Of a DNA stretch of 64,000 bases, positions 52,341 through 64,000 are shown piece by piece; within the stretch, counting starts at the first letter, position 1; every line of letters begins with the position of its first letter. The notes beneath the pieces are model-generated. The model made no database searches. It had not been told where the DNA came from and was given only the letters and a program-made list of their open reading frames with translations. The stretch is from Gnetum montanum (taxonomy: Eukaryota; Plantae; Gnetophyta), in the NCBI GenBank assembly GCA_015680685.1, contig MNCI01002803.1:1-64000 (forward strand), in the 5' to 3' direction. Made by a program: the position numbers and the translations under genes.

Positions 52341-55002
52341 TGTTGATGCATAAATTTTGAACACATCAACACCTGAAAAATCATTTAGGGAGACTATTGC
52401 CTAGGGCACATCCCGTACAGGTATAGAAACTCGAGAATAGTTTTAGCTGGAGAGGGCTATGTGATGTTAAATAGTTAAATGACCTTAGATTAGGGCACTC
52501 CAAAGAAATAACAATTATTTAAAAAAAAAAAAACCTTTCAAGGTAATATAAATAAACAACTACAATTTATGAGTGGCGAGGTACCCCTACACTCAACCAT
52601 ACGAATACGAGCATGTATGCATGATCCGGTCGAACTCCGCAGACTAAATGCCTTAACGCCACAAGGAACGCTTGGGGTTAATCGTTCATTGTCTTCCCAG
52701 GCTTGCTTGTATGTGTCACAGTGTATGGCTAAGCAAGTCTGAGGTATATGATTTTTTTGGTATTTTTTGGTTTATCTCCTAAGCTATGAGGGAAAGGGTT
52801 GAGAAACTAACTAACTCTAACTAATGTCCTAAGTCTAAATTAACTAGTGTCAGCATCCGTTCCCACTTACCGGACACACCCTGAACTATGCAACTGTGGC
52901 TACCAAACGCTAATCGTTACTGGGATCACCACACGTAAGGCAAGTTCGAAGTGGTTGTACTGAGGCACCTATTTAGCCTAAGTGTGATAAGCAGCTGATT
53001 CCTTGGCTAGCCGTACACACCCGTGGATGCTCGTAGCCAAGTCGTACTTATCACACGTTCTAGCCTAGCGATGAGTAGTCGATTCCTTGACTAGCCGTAC
53101 ACATTGGACTACCAATGGGATTACCAAGCACAGATCCTGGAATATGCTACTGGGTTACCAAATAGTCACAATGCTCGTAATCAAGTCGTACTCACGCGTT
53201 GTGACGAGCAGCTGATTCCTTGATTAGCCGTACACATCCGTAGATGCTCATAATCAAGTCGTACTAGTATGCACTAGGAAAGCAGTAAATAACAATAAAA
53301 TAAAACCATGTACTGCAAGGTTTATCCAATCAACTTCGTCTTTATTGCCGTACACAACTTGTGTTCAGGTTACAAAGTTGCTCGAATAAAGAGCCATTCA
53401 CTCTAGGACTCCTACTGTGGGCACATGGGAAATTAATCTAACTCTGGAGTGTTCAAACTGCCAGAGCTTCGCTACTTCTAGCCAGGATTGGGAAATGAAG
53501 GGAGTGCTACCTCTTATTTATAGATATGGCAGCGGACTGCGATATCGCGTACGCGATATCGTAGGGAGAGAAGCAATATCGCGTACACGATATTGCAGGG
53601 GATGCGATATCGCGGCCGCCGCGATATTGCGTACGCGATATCGCGGCTTGTGCAATCTGCGTCTCATCAACAATGGAACTTAGCTCAAATGAGCATAAGA
53701 TTTGGTTGCTCTAGTCGAGCTAAGGCTGCCTCCATTAGTTGGTCTACATCTATTTCCTCATCATCATTAGGGAAGGATAAGGAGATGACCGTGATAGTGA
53801 TGGTGGCGTTGGCATTGTTTGTTGTTGCTACTCATAGTGTCGTTATTGCTAGTGGCACCCACTATTAGGTAGAAAACCCTACTACTGCATGGACAAAATG
53901 TTGCATAGGAACAAATTGCTACGTGCTACCATTTGAGCCATTCAACATTGCCTATCACTACCAACACATGTTATCGTCATTGATGCATGCTGTTGCCACT
54001 GCTATTGACTACCACGCATTGCTGCTAACTACCACACAAATGTTGTTGTTCATCATTGACTGCCATGTGCATGATGCTATTCATTGCTAACGCATGCACA
54101 TGCTACTGCCACCATGCACACATTACTATTAAGCTTTTGGTGTTGTTGCTTGCTGTCGTTGCTATTGGCATGCATCATCATTTATTGCAACAGTTGCTAA
54201 TGCTAGCTCCTACTACCATCGTTGATAGCCATGTGCCACTATTGTCTATCAATGATGTAAGTGCATACTACCACTGGTTACGTCCACCTACCAACTGACT
54301 ACTCACCACCACACACCTACTAACTGTTGATTAAGAGAGGCTGAGAGAGATCCCCTTGAGATCTCTACATTTTAGTACTACGACTCCTTTTATAAGCTGC
54401 TCTAATTAATGCCTTTAAATGCCCATGTTTGCATGTTTTCCATCACCACCACATCACCCATGTCTACATGTTTGCCACCACCACAACATCACCCATGTCC
54501 ATAAATCACCACCATTATAACATTCGTGAAGATTAGGCTAGGTTTGAAGAAAATGTTGATGTGTTGTGGTCCTAAAATGACACATAAATTTTCATTCTAA
54601 TGTTGATGTTGCCATCATTATACCATGATGTTGATGTTGATGTTGCCATCATTCTACCATGATGTTGGAACAAGAAAATGGATTAGCAATGAATTTTACT
54701 ATGAGCATTCCCAAAGAGGCATCATTGCCATACTAAAAATTGAGATTTGTTTATTAATGGTGCATGTTTCTAAGCATGCTTGCAATGCAACTACCTTGGC
54801 TGGCTGGAAGGAACATGGGCCATGCACAACAAAAGTAGAGGCATTGCTTGTTGCTATGGAAGCATGATATGGAATGATGATAATGATGATGATGATGGAT
54901 AATGGTGTTGAGCATTAGAGACAACTTCATAGAACATTAAGAAGAGGTATTTTTTAAAAAAGAAAACAATCCAATGAAAGATATTCTTATTAATGTGGAG
55001 GC

Positions 55003-55036
<34 letters not shown>

Positions 55037-55037
55037 N

Positions 55038-55068
<31 letters not shown>

Positions 55069-55451
55069 TTTTTTACCTTCTTTTTATTTTTTTATGAGAG
55101 AATACTAAATTAGAATGTCACCAATCAATACTTGTGATTCCTCTTTATGCCTAGCCCTTGACATCAATTAAGAAACAAATTTGGGTAATTATGGTTTTTG
55201 TATCTTATAATGGCATGCCTAATCCTTCGTCATAAATTTGATGCACAGGTAGAAACATTCTTACTAGAAGTAGAATTAAGGTTTAATAATAAGACCAAAA
55301 TTACTAGTCAATGAGCTTACTTTGCTTTATCTATAGCACCATCACAAATGATTTTCATGGTAAAGAGGCCCATAGGATTTTCTTTTCATCATTGAATCAA
55401 AAACTATTAATTGTAGTCCATTCCCTAGCATGGGCAATGCTGGCATTAATA
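52341..55451 (-). repeat. 5' LTR of Tat element, interrupted by a solo LTR
   Basis: Colinear with 42265-44257 once 52567-53674 is removed (about 2.0 kb remains). Confidence 0.9.
52567..53669 (-). mobile_element. Athila-like solo LTR
   Basis: Perfect TSD ACAAT at 52562-52566 and 53670-53674; empty site actacaatggaa seen at ~30654 and ~42481; termini ttatgag...ctcatca. Confidence 0.95.
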
Positions 55452-55689
55452 GTAATAAGCTTTTAAACTATACTATGTAATTGAAATTAAAACTAAAATT
55501 AAAATTTTATCATTTTTGTAAACCTTTTCAATTTGTTGGATAGTAGAAATATAATGGAAATTAGCTTTAAAGATATCATTAAAAAAATTACCAAACATTC
55601 TTGGTAACACTTGGAATAAATCAACAAAAGTTATAAATATGACATAGTTTTAAAATGTGGTGATCATCTTCAATGTTATTTGTACACCA

Positions 55690-58600
55690 TAGTGGCATTG
55701 TCATCTATTTCAGAATCCACAACCTCTTCCACTGTAACAACTTTTCCCTTACCCTTCTAATGGGCATGTTTAGTTCCCTTCTTTCTCATTTTGTCACAAC
55801 CACTACCTCCTTGCTTTTTGTCCTCCTCAATAATTCTTAGAGTTGTTTGGAATTTTTTGTCTAAGTAATTCCACATTTTCTCAACCTTGGTTGGTATTTC
55901 AAAAATATATTTTTGTATTGGCAAGGTTTTTTGTTGCACCACTTAATTAAGTGGTTCCTTGTCCTCATTATCACAAAATCAGATCTCCCATTTCTTAATG
56001 GAAGGGTCCCATTTGTACTCCTCCATACTTTTCCTTTTCCTTAGCTCACCTTCTTCCTTAGCCACCTACTTAATTAGCCTTTGGATCTGGTGGGCCCTTA
56101 GCTTTGAAAGTCTTCCTTGGGCATAGACCCCAAGATTTCTCCTAGTTTTTGTTTAGATCCCATCTATGATATGACGTAGCTATTTCCTTTGAGAATAACT
56201 ATGGCCTAGGCATCGATGCAATAGAGAGTAATACCAACCCATGGTCATATTTAAGGAATCGTGTATGCCTTATTTTCAACCTTAGATCTACCTTCTCAAG
56301 TTAGACACTCTGGATGATATTTTTCATTAAATAATTCAAGCATTGTACTCCATTTTTGGATTGATTTTAGTTTCAAGGATTGGTACCAACTTTCAGCTTC
56401 CTTGATGAATGTCCTAGTGAACAACTTCAATTTCTGCCATTCATTCTCTACGTTCTATAAGGCACATGCATAGTGAAAGGCTTGGAGATGATTCTATGGA
56501 TCATAATTATATCCTCCTTCGAACTTAGGGATATTATTCATGTCCAGTTGTTTGATCTAGCTATCTTTCATGTGCCTTGTTGGTATCCTCATAGGCTCTA
56601 CAATGTTTAGCATGTTTTTGGTGGCAAGTAGAGGCTCATCATGGTCATAACATTCTGTGTGGCCCTTATCATGGCCATGATGCCTATGATGCCCTCTATT
56701 GTCCCTTTTTTCTCTTTGGTAAGCTTGCCATGATTTCCCACGCTTTTAGTCTCTACTATTTTGGCAAGATTTTTGGTCATCTCTTTCCTGTTGGTCATCT
56801 CCATCATGGTCTCTTCCCCTATGGCTTTGGTCAAAATTGAAGAGGAAGATGATGAGGATGACAAAGGTGAAGAGGAAGGAGAGCCAACACTAGAATGGTG
56901 CCTACTAATCCCTCTTCTTTGGTCTCTACCATGATCACCATGTTTGTCATTATTATGGTGCCTATCATTGTTCCCGCCTTGACTCCATCCCTTTGAGATT
57001 CCATGATCATGGAATTTTTTCTTCCTAGAACCAGGGTTATCTACAGTGGATTGTAGATGCTAATTGAGGACCTCTTCATCAAGGAAAGGAGGAGAGTCTA
57101 TGTATTGGGAAGTTCTTGATAAGAGGTCTTCCCCTTTTGATGAGCGGTGAGGTATCCCTATGCCCAACCATACGAATCACAAGCATTCATGCATGATCTA
57201 GTTAAATTTCATAGATGGGACTAGTTGTGGCATCTAGATCGCTATGCCTTAATCATAGTTCACTGTCTTCCCACTTGGACTAGTGGTATCTTTGTCACAT
57301 ATGGTTTAGTCTAGGGTGAGGCATATGATTTTTATTATTTTATATTTTATTATTCTATGATTAACAATAGGTTGAAACTCAATTTTTAATTAATTCAAGT
57401 AATATAATTTCTAATTAATAATCAACTACCCTAACATAAGTATTTGATCCCACTTCTCATGCACATCCTAAACACATATAGTGTTGCTGGGTTACCAAAC
57501 GTTAGGTGTTGCTGGGATTACCAAGAGTCATATGCATGCTTGAAGCAATTGTACTTATGTGCTTAATTAATTAACATTCATGAAAATGTAAATATTAACT
57601 AAGTATATGAAAAGTAAATTGCATGGAAAGTAAATCTATTTTAAGTCAAAGTGCTGTAATGAATAAGAATCAATCTCGATCTTATTACCGCTCATGGAAT
57701 ATGTCTAGGTACATTGCCAGTCAACTTCATAGAACTGACTTAGATCCACTCTATGGGCACTCATTGATTGTTCTCTAAGATTATAGAATAAAACTATAAT
57801 AATTTAACTACGCTATTAAAATCCCTATGAAAAAATATGCAAAACTATTCCCAAATTGTGAGTCCAAGAACTATATTTATAGATTGGTATATACCCCACG
57901 ATATTGGATATTCAACATCATGTCCTAGGCTCTGACATCAGATACTCAACGTTGAGGATCTAATATCATAGCCTTATTATTGGAGCCTTGTTATCGAAGC
58001 CTTGTTATTAGAGGTAGGATATTAGAGCTAAGATATCAGAGCCTTGTTATTGGAGCTAGGATATTTGGGCTAAGATATTGGAGCAAATCAAAAAGTTCAC
58101 TTTTTATCAAATAACCCAACCAACTGATGATTCATCACCTTCCTTTTTTCCTAGTAGCAACAAGGGGTTTGTGAACCATTTGCCTTTTGATGCCTCATAG
58201 CAAGCTTTCATCTACTGATCTTTCTTTCTATACACCTCTATCGGATGATAATCATAGTAGGCATGATCTTGCACCTCTTACTTAGCATTGAGTCTTGCAA
58301 AGCCCAATCTCATGAGATTGTGGAGCAACATTACAAGAATTGATCAATCAGGAGGAAACATGATGTTGCCCTCCATGTCCCTCCATTGCAGTTTTTCATC
58401 TTAGTGTAGGATGAAGGTGAAATCCAAAGTGTACTCATCTAGATACATATAGAACACTTTGCATTGTTGGGGCATGGATTGTTTCAGGCCTTCTTGCCTT
58501 GGATTGGAATTGTCCATGAATGATGGTAGAGAATCTTCCCTATGAGAAGAAGCCATGTTAGTGTTTAGGAAATAGTGTTCTTTTGGGAATTATTTATTAT

Positions 58601-59546
58601 ATTAATGATTTTAGCTTTAAGTCCTTTACAACATCATTAAGTGATTTCACTAATGTCCTAGATAGCACATGTAACTAACTACAATTCCCAACAATGGCAC
58701 CAATGATAAGCAACAAGTAGTCCCTACGCCCAATCATATGAATCATCAACATTCATTAAGCAATCAAATAGAATTCCATAGACTTGAGATCTCTAAGTAC
58801 ACATTATCTAGGTAATGAACTTAAGGACATGATCGATGTCTTCCTAGTTCCACTTGTGGAGGTACAATGGTATGGTTAAGTATAATAGAGGCATGTGATT
58901 TGTATAACTTTTATATTTTCTTATCTATTTATCCTAAGAGTGAAAATAAAGTGATTAAATATTAATCAATCTAGTAACTATCTAATGCCTTAAGCTAATC
59001 TTAACATAAGCATATATTTCCACTTGGTGTACACATCTTGAACATGCCACAACACTAATTGGTTACCAAGTGTAAATGTTGCTGGGACTACCAAGAGTTA
59101 ACGTATGCTTGAGGTGGTCATACTTATGTGCATTAATTATTCGCATTCAACTAATTAATTAAGTGCATGAATGTAAATTGCATAACAGTAAAGGGTATTA
59201 AAGTAAACATTATACTAATTCCAAGTGTTGCAAGGTTTATCAACAAGTTTGTATTTATTTTCATTCATACCAGAGTATCTAGGTACATCAATGTTCAAAT
59301 AAAGAATCATACACTTCTCAGCTTCTATCGTGGGCACTTAGAAACTATTCTAACTATTATGGGAACAAATTGCAAGAGCTTCACTATGCTACTAAATGAA
59401 TAATTCCATAAATGCAATGCATGCACACATTTATATAGATAAACATAGACACTCCATTAATGCATATGCGTCAATGCATCTCCCCATACATCAATGGGAT
59501 CATGTCGATGCAACCTCATTGCCACATCCCAACCAATGATTTATCA
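55690..59546 (-). mobile_element. Truncated Athila-like element: 5' LTR (58704-59546), PBS, gag remnant
   Basis: Minus PBS tggtgccattgttgggaa at ~58685-58702; gag homologous to 4421-5340 (TKVEKMWNYLDKKF versus TKVDQMWDFLDSRF); no pol follows. Confidence 0.82.
57138..58137 (-). mobile_element. Athila-like solo LTR inserted in gag
   Basis: tgatgagcgg...gattcatca; flanks ccttt / ccttc (TSD with one mismatch). Confidence 0.87.
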
Positions 59547-61297
59547 CTTTACTTAAACCAATGATAATGACATAATGAAGCATAAATATCTAATTTAATG
59601 AAGACTTAACCTACTAAACATGAACTAAGAATAATAGGGAAATAATAAAATTATAAAGGTTTTTATGCTAAAAATGACTAAGTGTTTATAGCTGAAAAAA
59701 TGACTAAGTATAAAATGTTGAAAAATTAACCAAGTATGGAATGCACTATAAGTGATAGAATAAATTCTAAGTATAAAGTGTGGATAAAAGAGTATAAAAT
59801 ATTAAATATGTGATGCTATAATATATAGAGAAGGATGTAGGTTCCCTTCTCAAATAACAAAAATCCTTTATTGATGAAAATGAAATTGTTTGTCTCCTAA
59901 GAAGGCTAGAACTACAAGTATTGATAAAAATGTAAGTATGGAAAAACTAATAAGAAGATGTTAATAAGAAAGAAAAATATGAATTCAAACCTCTTAAGGG
60001 TTGGTATGTGGATGAAGAAGTTTTAGAAGTAATCCAAAATCAATTCCAAACTAAAAAATTTTTAACTCTAGAAATTGACATTGATGCTAAAAAATTCTAT
60101 CTCTAGGACATAACACTAATGCTACCTTAGCATTAGTGGTAGAGCTATCAAAGTGCTGCAAGGGTCGTGTAGTGTATGAGAGATGTTGAGTGATCTGTTG
60201 AAGATGCTCTTGATCTCTAGAAATCTTGACAAGTGCTTTAGATCTCAAGAAACTAGCCTTGAATTTAAAATTTGAGCTGATATTTATAGGCCTAGGATTG
60301 CCAAATCTAACTTTGGAATTAAGTGAAGTGTACTTGAAGTTCATGTAAAGTTTGAATTAGATAGCTTGACCTTAGGACTTGATTTATATATGTCCCACTA
60401 AAGGTGACATTGATGTCATGTTAGCGTTGGTGTGACTAACAATTAGAAAAATTTTATCATTTAAGAAAAAATTTATCATTTATCCAAGTGCTAGTCTAAG
60501 CCTTTCAAGGCCCCATTTTAACACCTAAACTTATATCAAATAATGTTAAGATAATGCTAAGGAGCTTGTAAGGCCAAGGAATGATTTCAACTATTGAAGA
60601 TGAAGGTTAAGGATCACATTTTATAGTCATCAAGAATGCTGACATTGACATTGGCATTAGTGTTAGCATCAACATCAACTAGGTACTTTAAATAATTTGC
60701 AACATTTTATTGAACTAACTTCTCATGTTTTTGGGATGCCCAAATCAAAGTCAAAATGAGCCATGATGATGTTTTCATAACCTAGAAGAGCTTGTAAAAT
60801 AAGGAAATGCTATAGATTATTAATATTGGTGACTTAAAAGTATGATGACATCAGAGTTAGCATCAACTATAAGAGATAGAAAAATTTCAAGTCTCAACAA
60901 TTAAGACTATCCTTAAACTTGCCAAAAATACCATTTGAAGTGCCTAAACCAATGTAGACTAGTCATTAGAGAGCATGGGAAGATAAGATGTGTGTGAAAA
61001 TGTAGGTAAGATAAGCCCTAGGGGTGTTGGGAATCATTTTGCAACTTCTAAAACTAAAATCATCATCAAGGTTAGCACCAGACCTAAAAGAATTTTGGTC
61101 CTAGGATCCTAGGGTTTAATTGCACCAATTTGAAGCTTGTGATGCCATGAGTGCCTTAGATGAATCATTTGGGATCCTATGGGATTAAATTAAAGGCTAA
61201 AATGTATTTTTGATGTAACTTACATAGACAGGATGGTCCTAAGCTATAGCTGATGTGACATTAGTGGTTAAGGGAAAAGGTTGACATGGAATTCACA
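59547..61297 (-). repeat. Probable 3' LTR remnant of the downstream Tat-like element
   Basis: Minus strand ttggaggtaa followed by TGTGAA at 61297; minus TATA (tatttatagg ~60281); left limit not defined. Confidence 0.35.
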
Positions 61298-62479
61298 TTA
61301 CCTCCAATACTTAGAAAAATTTTAGTCATTAAACTTTTCCAAGGTCATAAAAAATGAAGCTCATAAGCTAGGTTATAAACCCAAATGATCCTAAAAGGCC
61401 TCTGAGTTTTGGGAATGTATCCAATGATGCTATATTTTGAGAGTATGATGCTCAAACTTGTGTGTGATAATGTGTAAACCACACTTACCCATGATCACTC
61501 ACAAACTAAAAAAATGAATGTAACATTGCCTCCTCTTAATGCATGTTACTAAGGTGTCAAAGAAGGATTCATCAAGAAGATAATGGATGGATGAATTGAA
61601 GTACCTATAAGAGAAAAGTGACAAGGAAGAGATTGAAGAAGAAAATAAAGCTAGGATACCACCTATACAAGAACCATGAGGATAGTGCAATGTCACAAAA
61701 GAATCACATGGCTAGGTCCTATGCACAATATTTCCAAAGGCATGCTATTGATAATTTTCACATCCTATTTCACTTATACTCTCAACACATCCTTACTAGA
61801 ATTGAATTGAATTGTTCAATTCTTATCATTTAATTTTCATTAATGTGTTGATGAGAGGAAGTATAAAGAGATATAAAAGGAAAGTTAGAGGATGAATGGA
61901 GAAATATGAGAGAGAGAAAGAGGATGAAATGTAGAGCTATAAAATGAGAAAACAATAAAACTAGAGGAGAAATGAGGAACATCGTGTATACATCAAGATA
62001 ATGTGTTATGCCACAAAAGTAGGGCATGGCTAAATTCCACACTCTAATGATATTAATATTGATAAATTGATAAATACTCTCTACATCCCACGCTAACTTA
62101 GCACATCCTCACATGAAGTAGAAATAGCAAAACTCTTAATGCTTTCTACATGAAGCAGATTGCTAATAAACATCCTCCCCTTAGTGTGTTGTAAGAAGAA
62201 ATATTAGTAGAATGGGATAAGTAGAGATTAGGGAGCATGGATGAAATTGCATGGGGAATATATAAGAAAATAGTAGAAAATAAAGACAAAGAGAGAGAAT
62301 GAGAGAAAAAGTAGCATATGGAGAAAATAAAAAATAATAAACATAGATAAAGTTAGAGAAAGAATTAGAGTAAACTTGATGTATATTTTTCTATCTTTTT
62401 TTTCCTCAAATGTAATAATGATTAAGGTAAGCTCTATTCATAGGATCAGAGTATTGATTTCCCTATGAGTTGGCAAAGT

Positions 62480-64000
62480 AGTATGTTCCATTATCAAGAC
62501 TCTTAAGAACAATGAAGGAATCTTGTTAGTTTGAGGAGAACTTGGAAGTTTTGATAGTAGGGAAATCTCTTACAAACAAATCATGTTATTGACTTCCTAT
62601 AATTTGAAATGCTTATCATGGTGATGATGCATAGCCTCTTGGTGGTTCTAAATGTTGATGACTACTTGCTTGTAGTTCTCTTCTAAGATGTATACTTTAA
62701 TACTAGGCATGTTATCATTCTCCTTGTCTATCATCCAATTATTCAAGGCTACTTGAAGTGAAGGAACATCTAGCTCCATTGATAACATAGCTTCTAACCC
62801 ATAGGTGAGCATAAAAGGTATTTGACTAGTCACAATTTTAAAGATGGTTTGATAGACCCAAAGGACATGGGACAACTTGGTATGCCAATTGTGTTGCGAT
62901 TTGTCAACCATGGTTTTGAGTAAAAAAATAAGAGATTTATTGCTCAACTCAACTTTATCATTAGATTGAGAATAGTATGAAGATAAGAATGACTAGATAA
63001 TTTGGTATTTCTCATAAATGTTAGCAAGTTCTTTACTCTTAAGTTGATGTCCTTTATTAGTGATAATGTGGAGGGAAATTCCAAACATAATGATTATGTG
63101 ATCTAAAATCAATTAATAGATATACCTGGAAGTTGTAGATTTTAAGGGAATGGCTTTAACCTACTTGGTAAACTGCTCTATTGATATTAAGATGAATTGG
63201 TAACCAGTGAAGAAGGACAAATGAAACCTATAGGATCCCGCCACCACTTTTGGAAGGACCACACTATTTTAGAAGTCATCAGTTCTTGTGCTAGAACATA
63301 AATAATTAGAGCATGATATTGACAAGTATAACAAATCTTAACTATTGTGTATTGATCCTTAAACATTGTATTCCAATAATAACCAGGTGAAATAATATAA
63401 GCTATAGGAAATTGTAAGCCTAAGTGACTACAACATACACTTGAATGTAATTATTTTAGAACTATTATAGCTTTTTCATGACTTAGAAATGTAGAAGAAC
63501 ATCTAATGTAGATAGACTACATAAATACTAGGCTCAACAATACAAAATTGCTTAGAGCATTTACAAAGAATGACCTTTTATGATGTTGATAAGTGTTTAG
63601 GATTTTCCTCAATTTTCAAGTGTTGTACAATGTCTCGATATTGTTCATATTTTCTAAGTTAATTAATCCTATGTGTTGTACATGTATGAGATTTTTTAGT
63701 ATTTCTTATGTTGTATGTCTGTGAGAGTTTGTAGTATTTCTTGTGTTGAATGAGTTAGAAAGTTTTTAATAGAAAGATAATCTTCAAGAAGAATGAGAGT
63801 AGCTAAGGCATCAACAAGCATGTTCTCTAAGTAATGGATATATATGAGTAAAAATTCATTAAATTGAGAAATGAAATTTTTGAATAAGTCAAGATAAGGT
63901 TGAAGATACTCATCCTTATAAGTGTATTTATTGTTAACTTAACATATGACTAATTAAGAATCAACATAAATAAAAAATCCTTTTAATTCCTAACTGGATT
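62480..64000 (-). pseudogene. Tat-like pol remnant: aRH C-terminal part followed by integrase
   Basis: Manual minus translation: IYVDS*LVIC*VNNKY..LQPY and ENMLVDALATL (63790-63990, aRH); LHSSVCCSH, GYYWNTMFKD..CYTCQ (zinc finger); WHTKLSHVLW..PFMLTYG.EA (core). Confidence 0.85.

Larger units (their letters stand above)
42265..55451 (-). mobile_element. Full-length degenerate Tat-lineage Ty3/gypsy element (gag-PR-aRH-RT-RH-INT)
   Basis: LTRs 42265-44257 and 52341-55451; perfect TSD GTAAT at 42260-42264 and 55452-55456; PBS and PPT adjacent to the LTRs; domain ORFs on minus strand. Confidence 0.92.

Overview
Repeat-rich, CpG-depleted land-plant nuclear DNA (species not determinable; the Tat domain order hints at a non-angiosperm, inference only). 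One apparently intact gene: an intronless LRR receptor-like protein (about 19.1-22.4 kb) with roughly 37 LRRs, of which the first ~26 lack the canonical Asn. 1-13.8 kb: a three-way nest of Athila-like Ty3/gypsy elements, including a gag-protease-only element inserted into pol of a relative. 25.9-44 kb: a DUF247 pseudogene lying between two oppositely oriented Tat-type LTRs, amplified with parts of both LTRs into three ~5.9 kb tandem units. 42.3-55.5 kb: a full-length degenerate Tat element (GTAAT TSD; gag-PR-aRH-RT-RH-INT) carrying a solo LTR. 55.7-64 kb: more Athila-like remnants, a second solo LTR and a Tat-like element with aRH directly before INT. The best leads are the Asn-less LRR ectodomain, the interchangeable palindromic arrays at the U3 start of otherwise homologous LTRs, and the inverted-LTR-bracketed DUF247 triplication. 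All comparisons were made by eye; internal boundaries of degenerate features are approximate.
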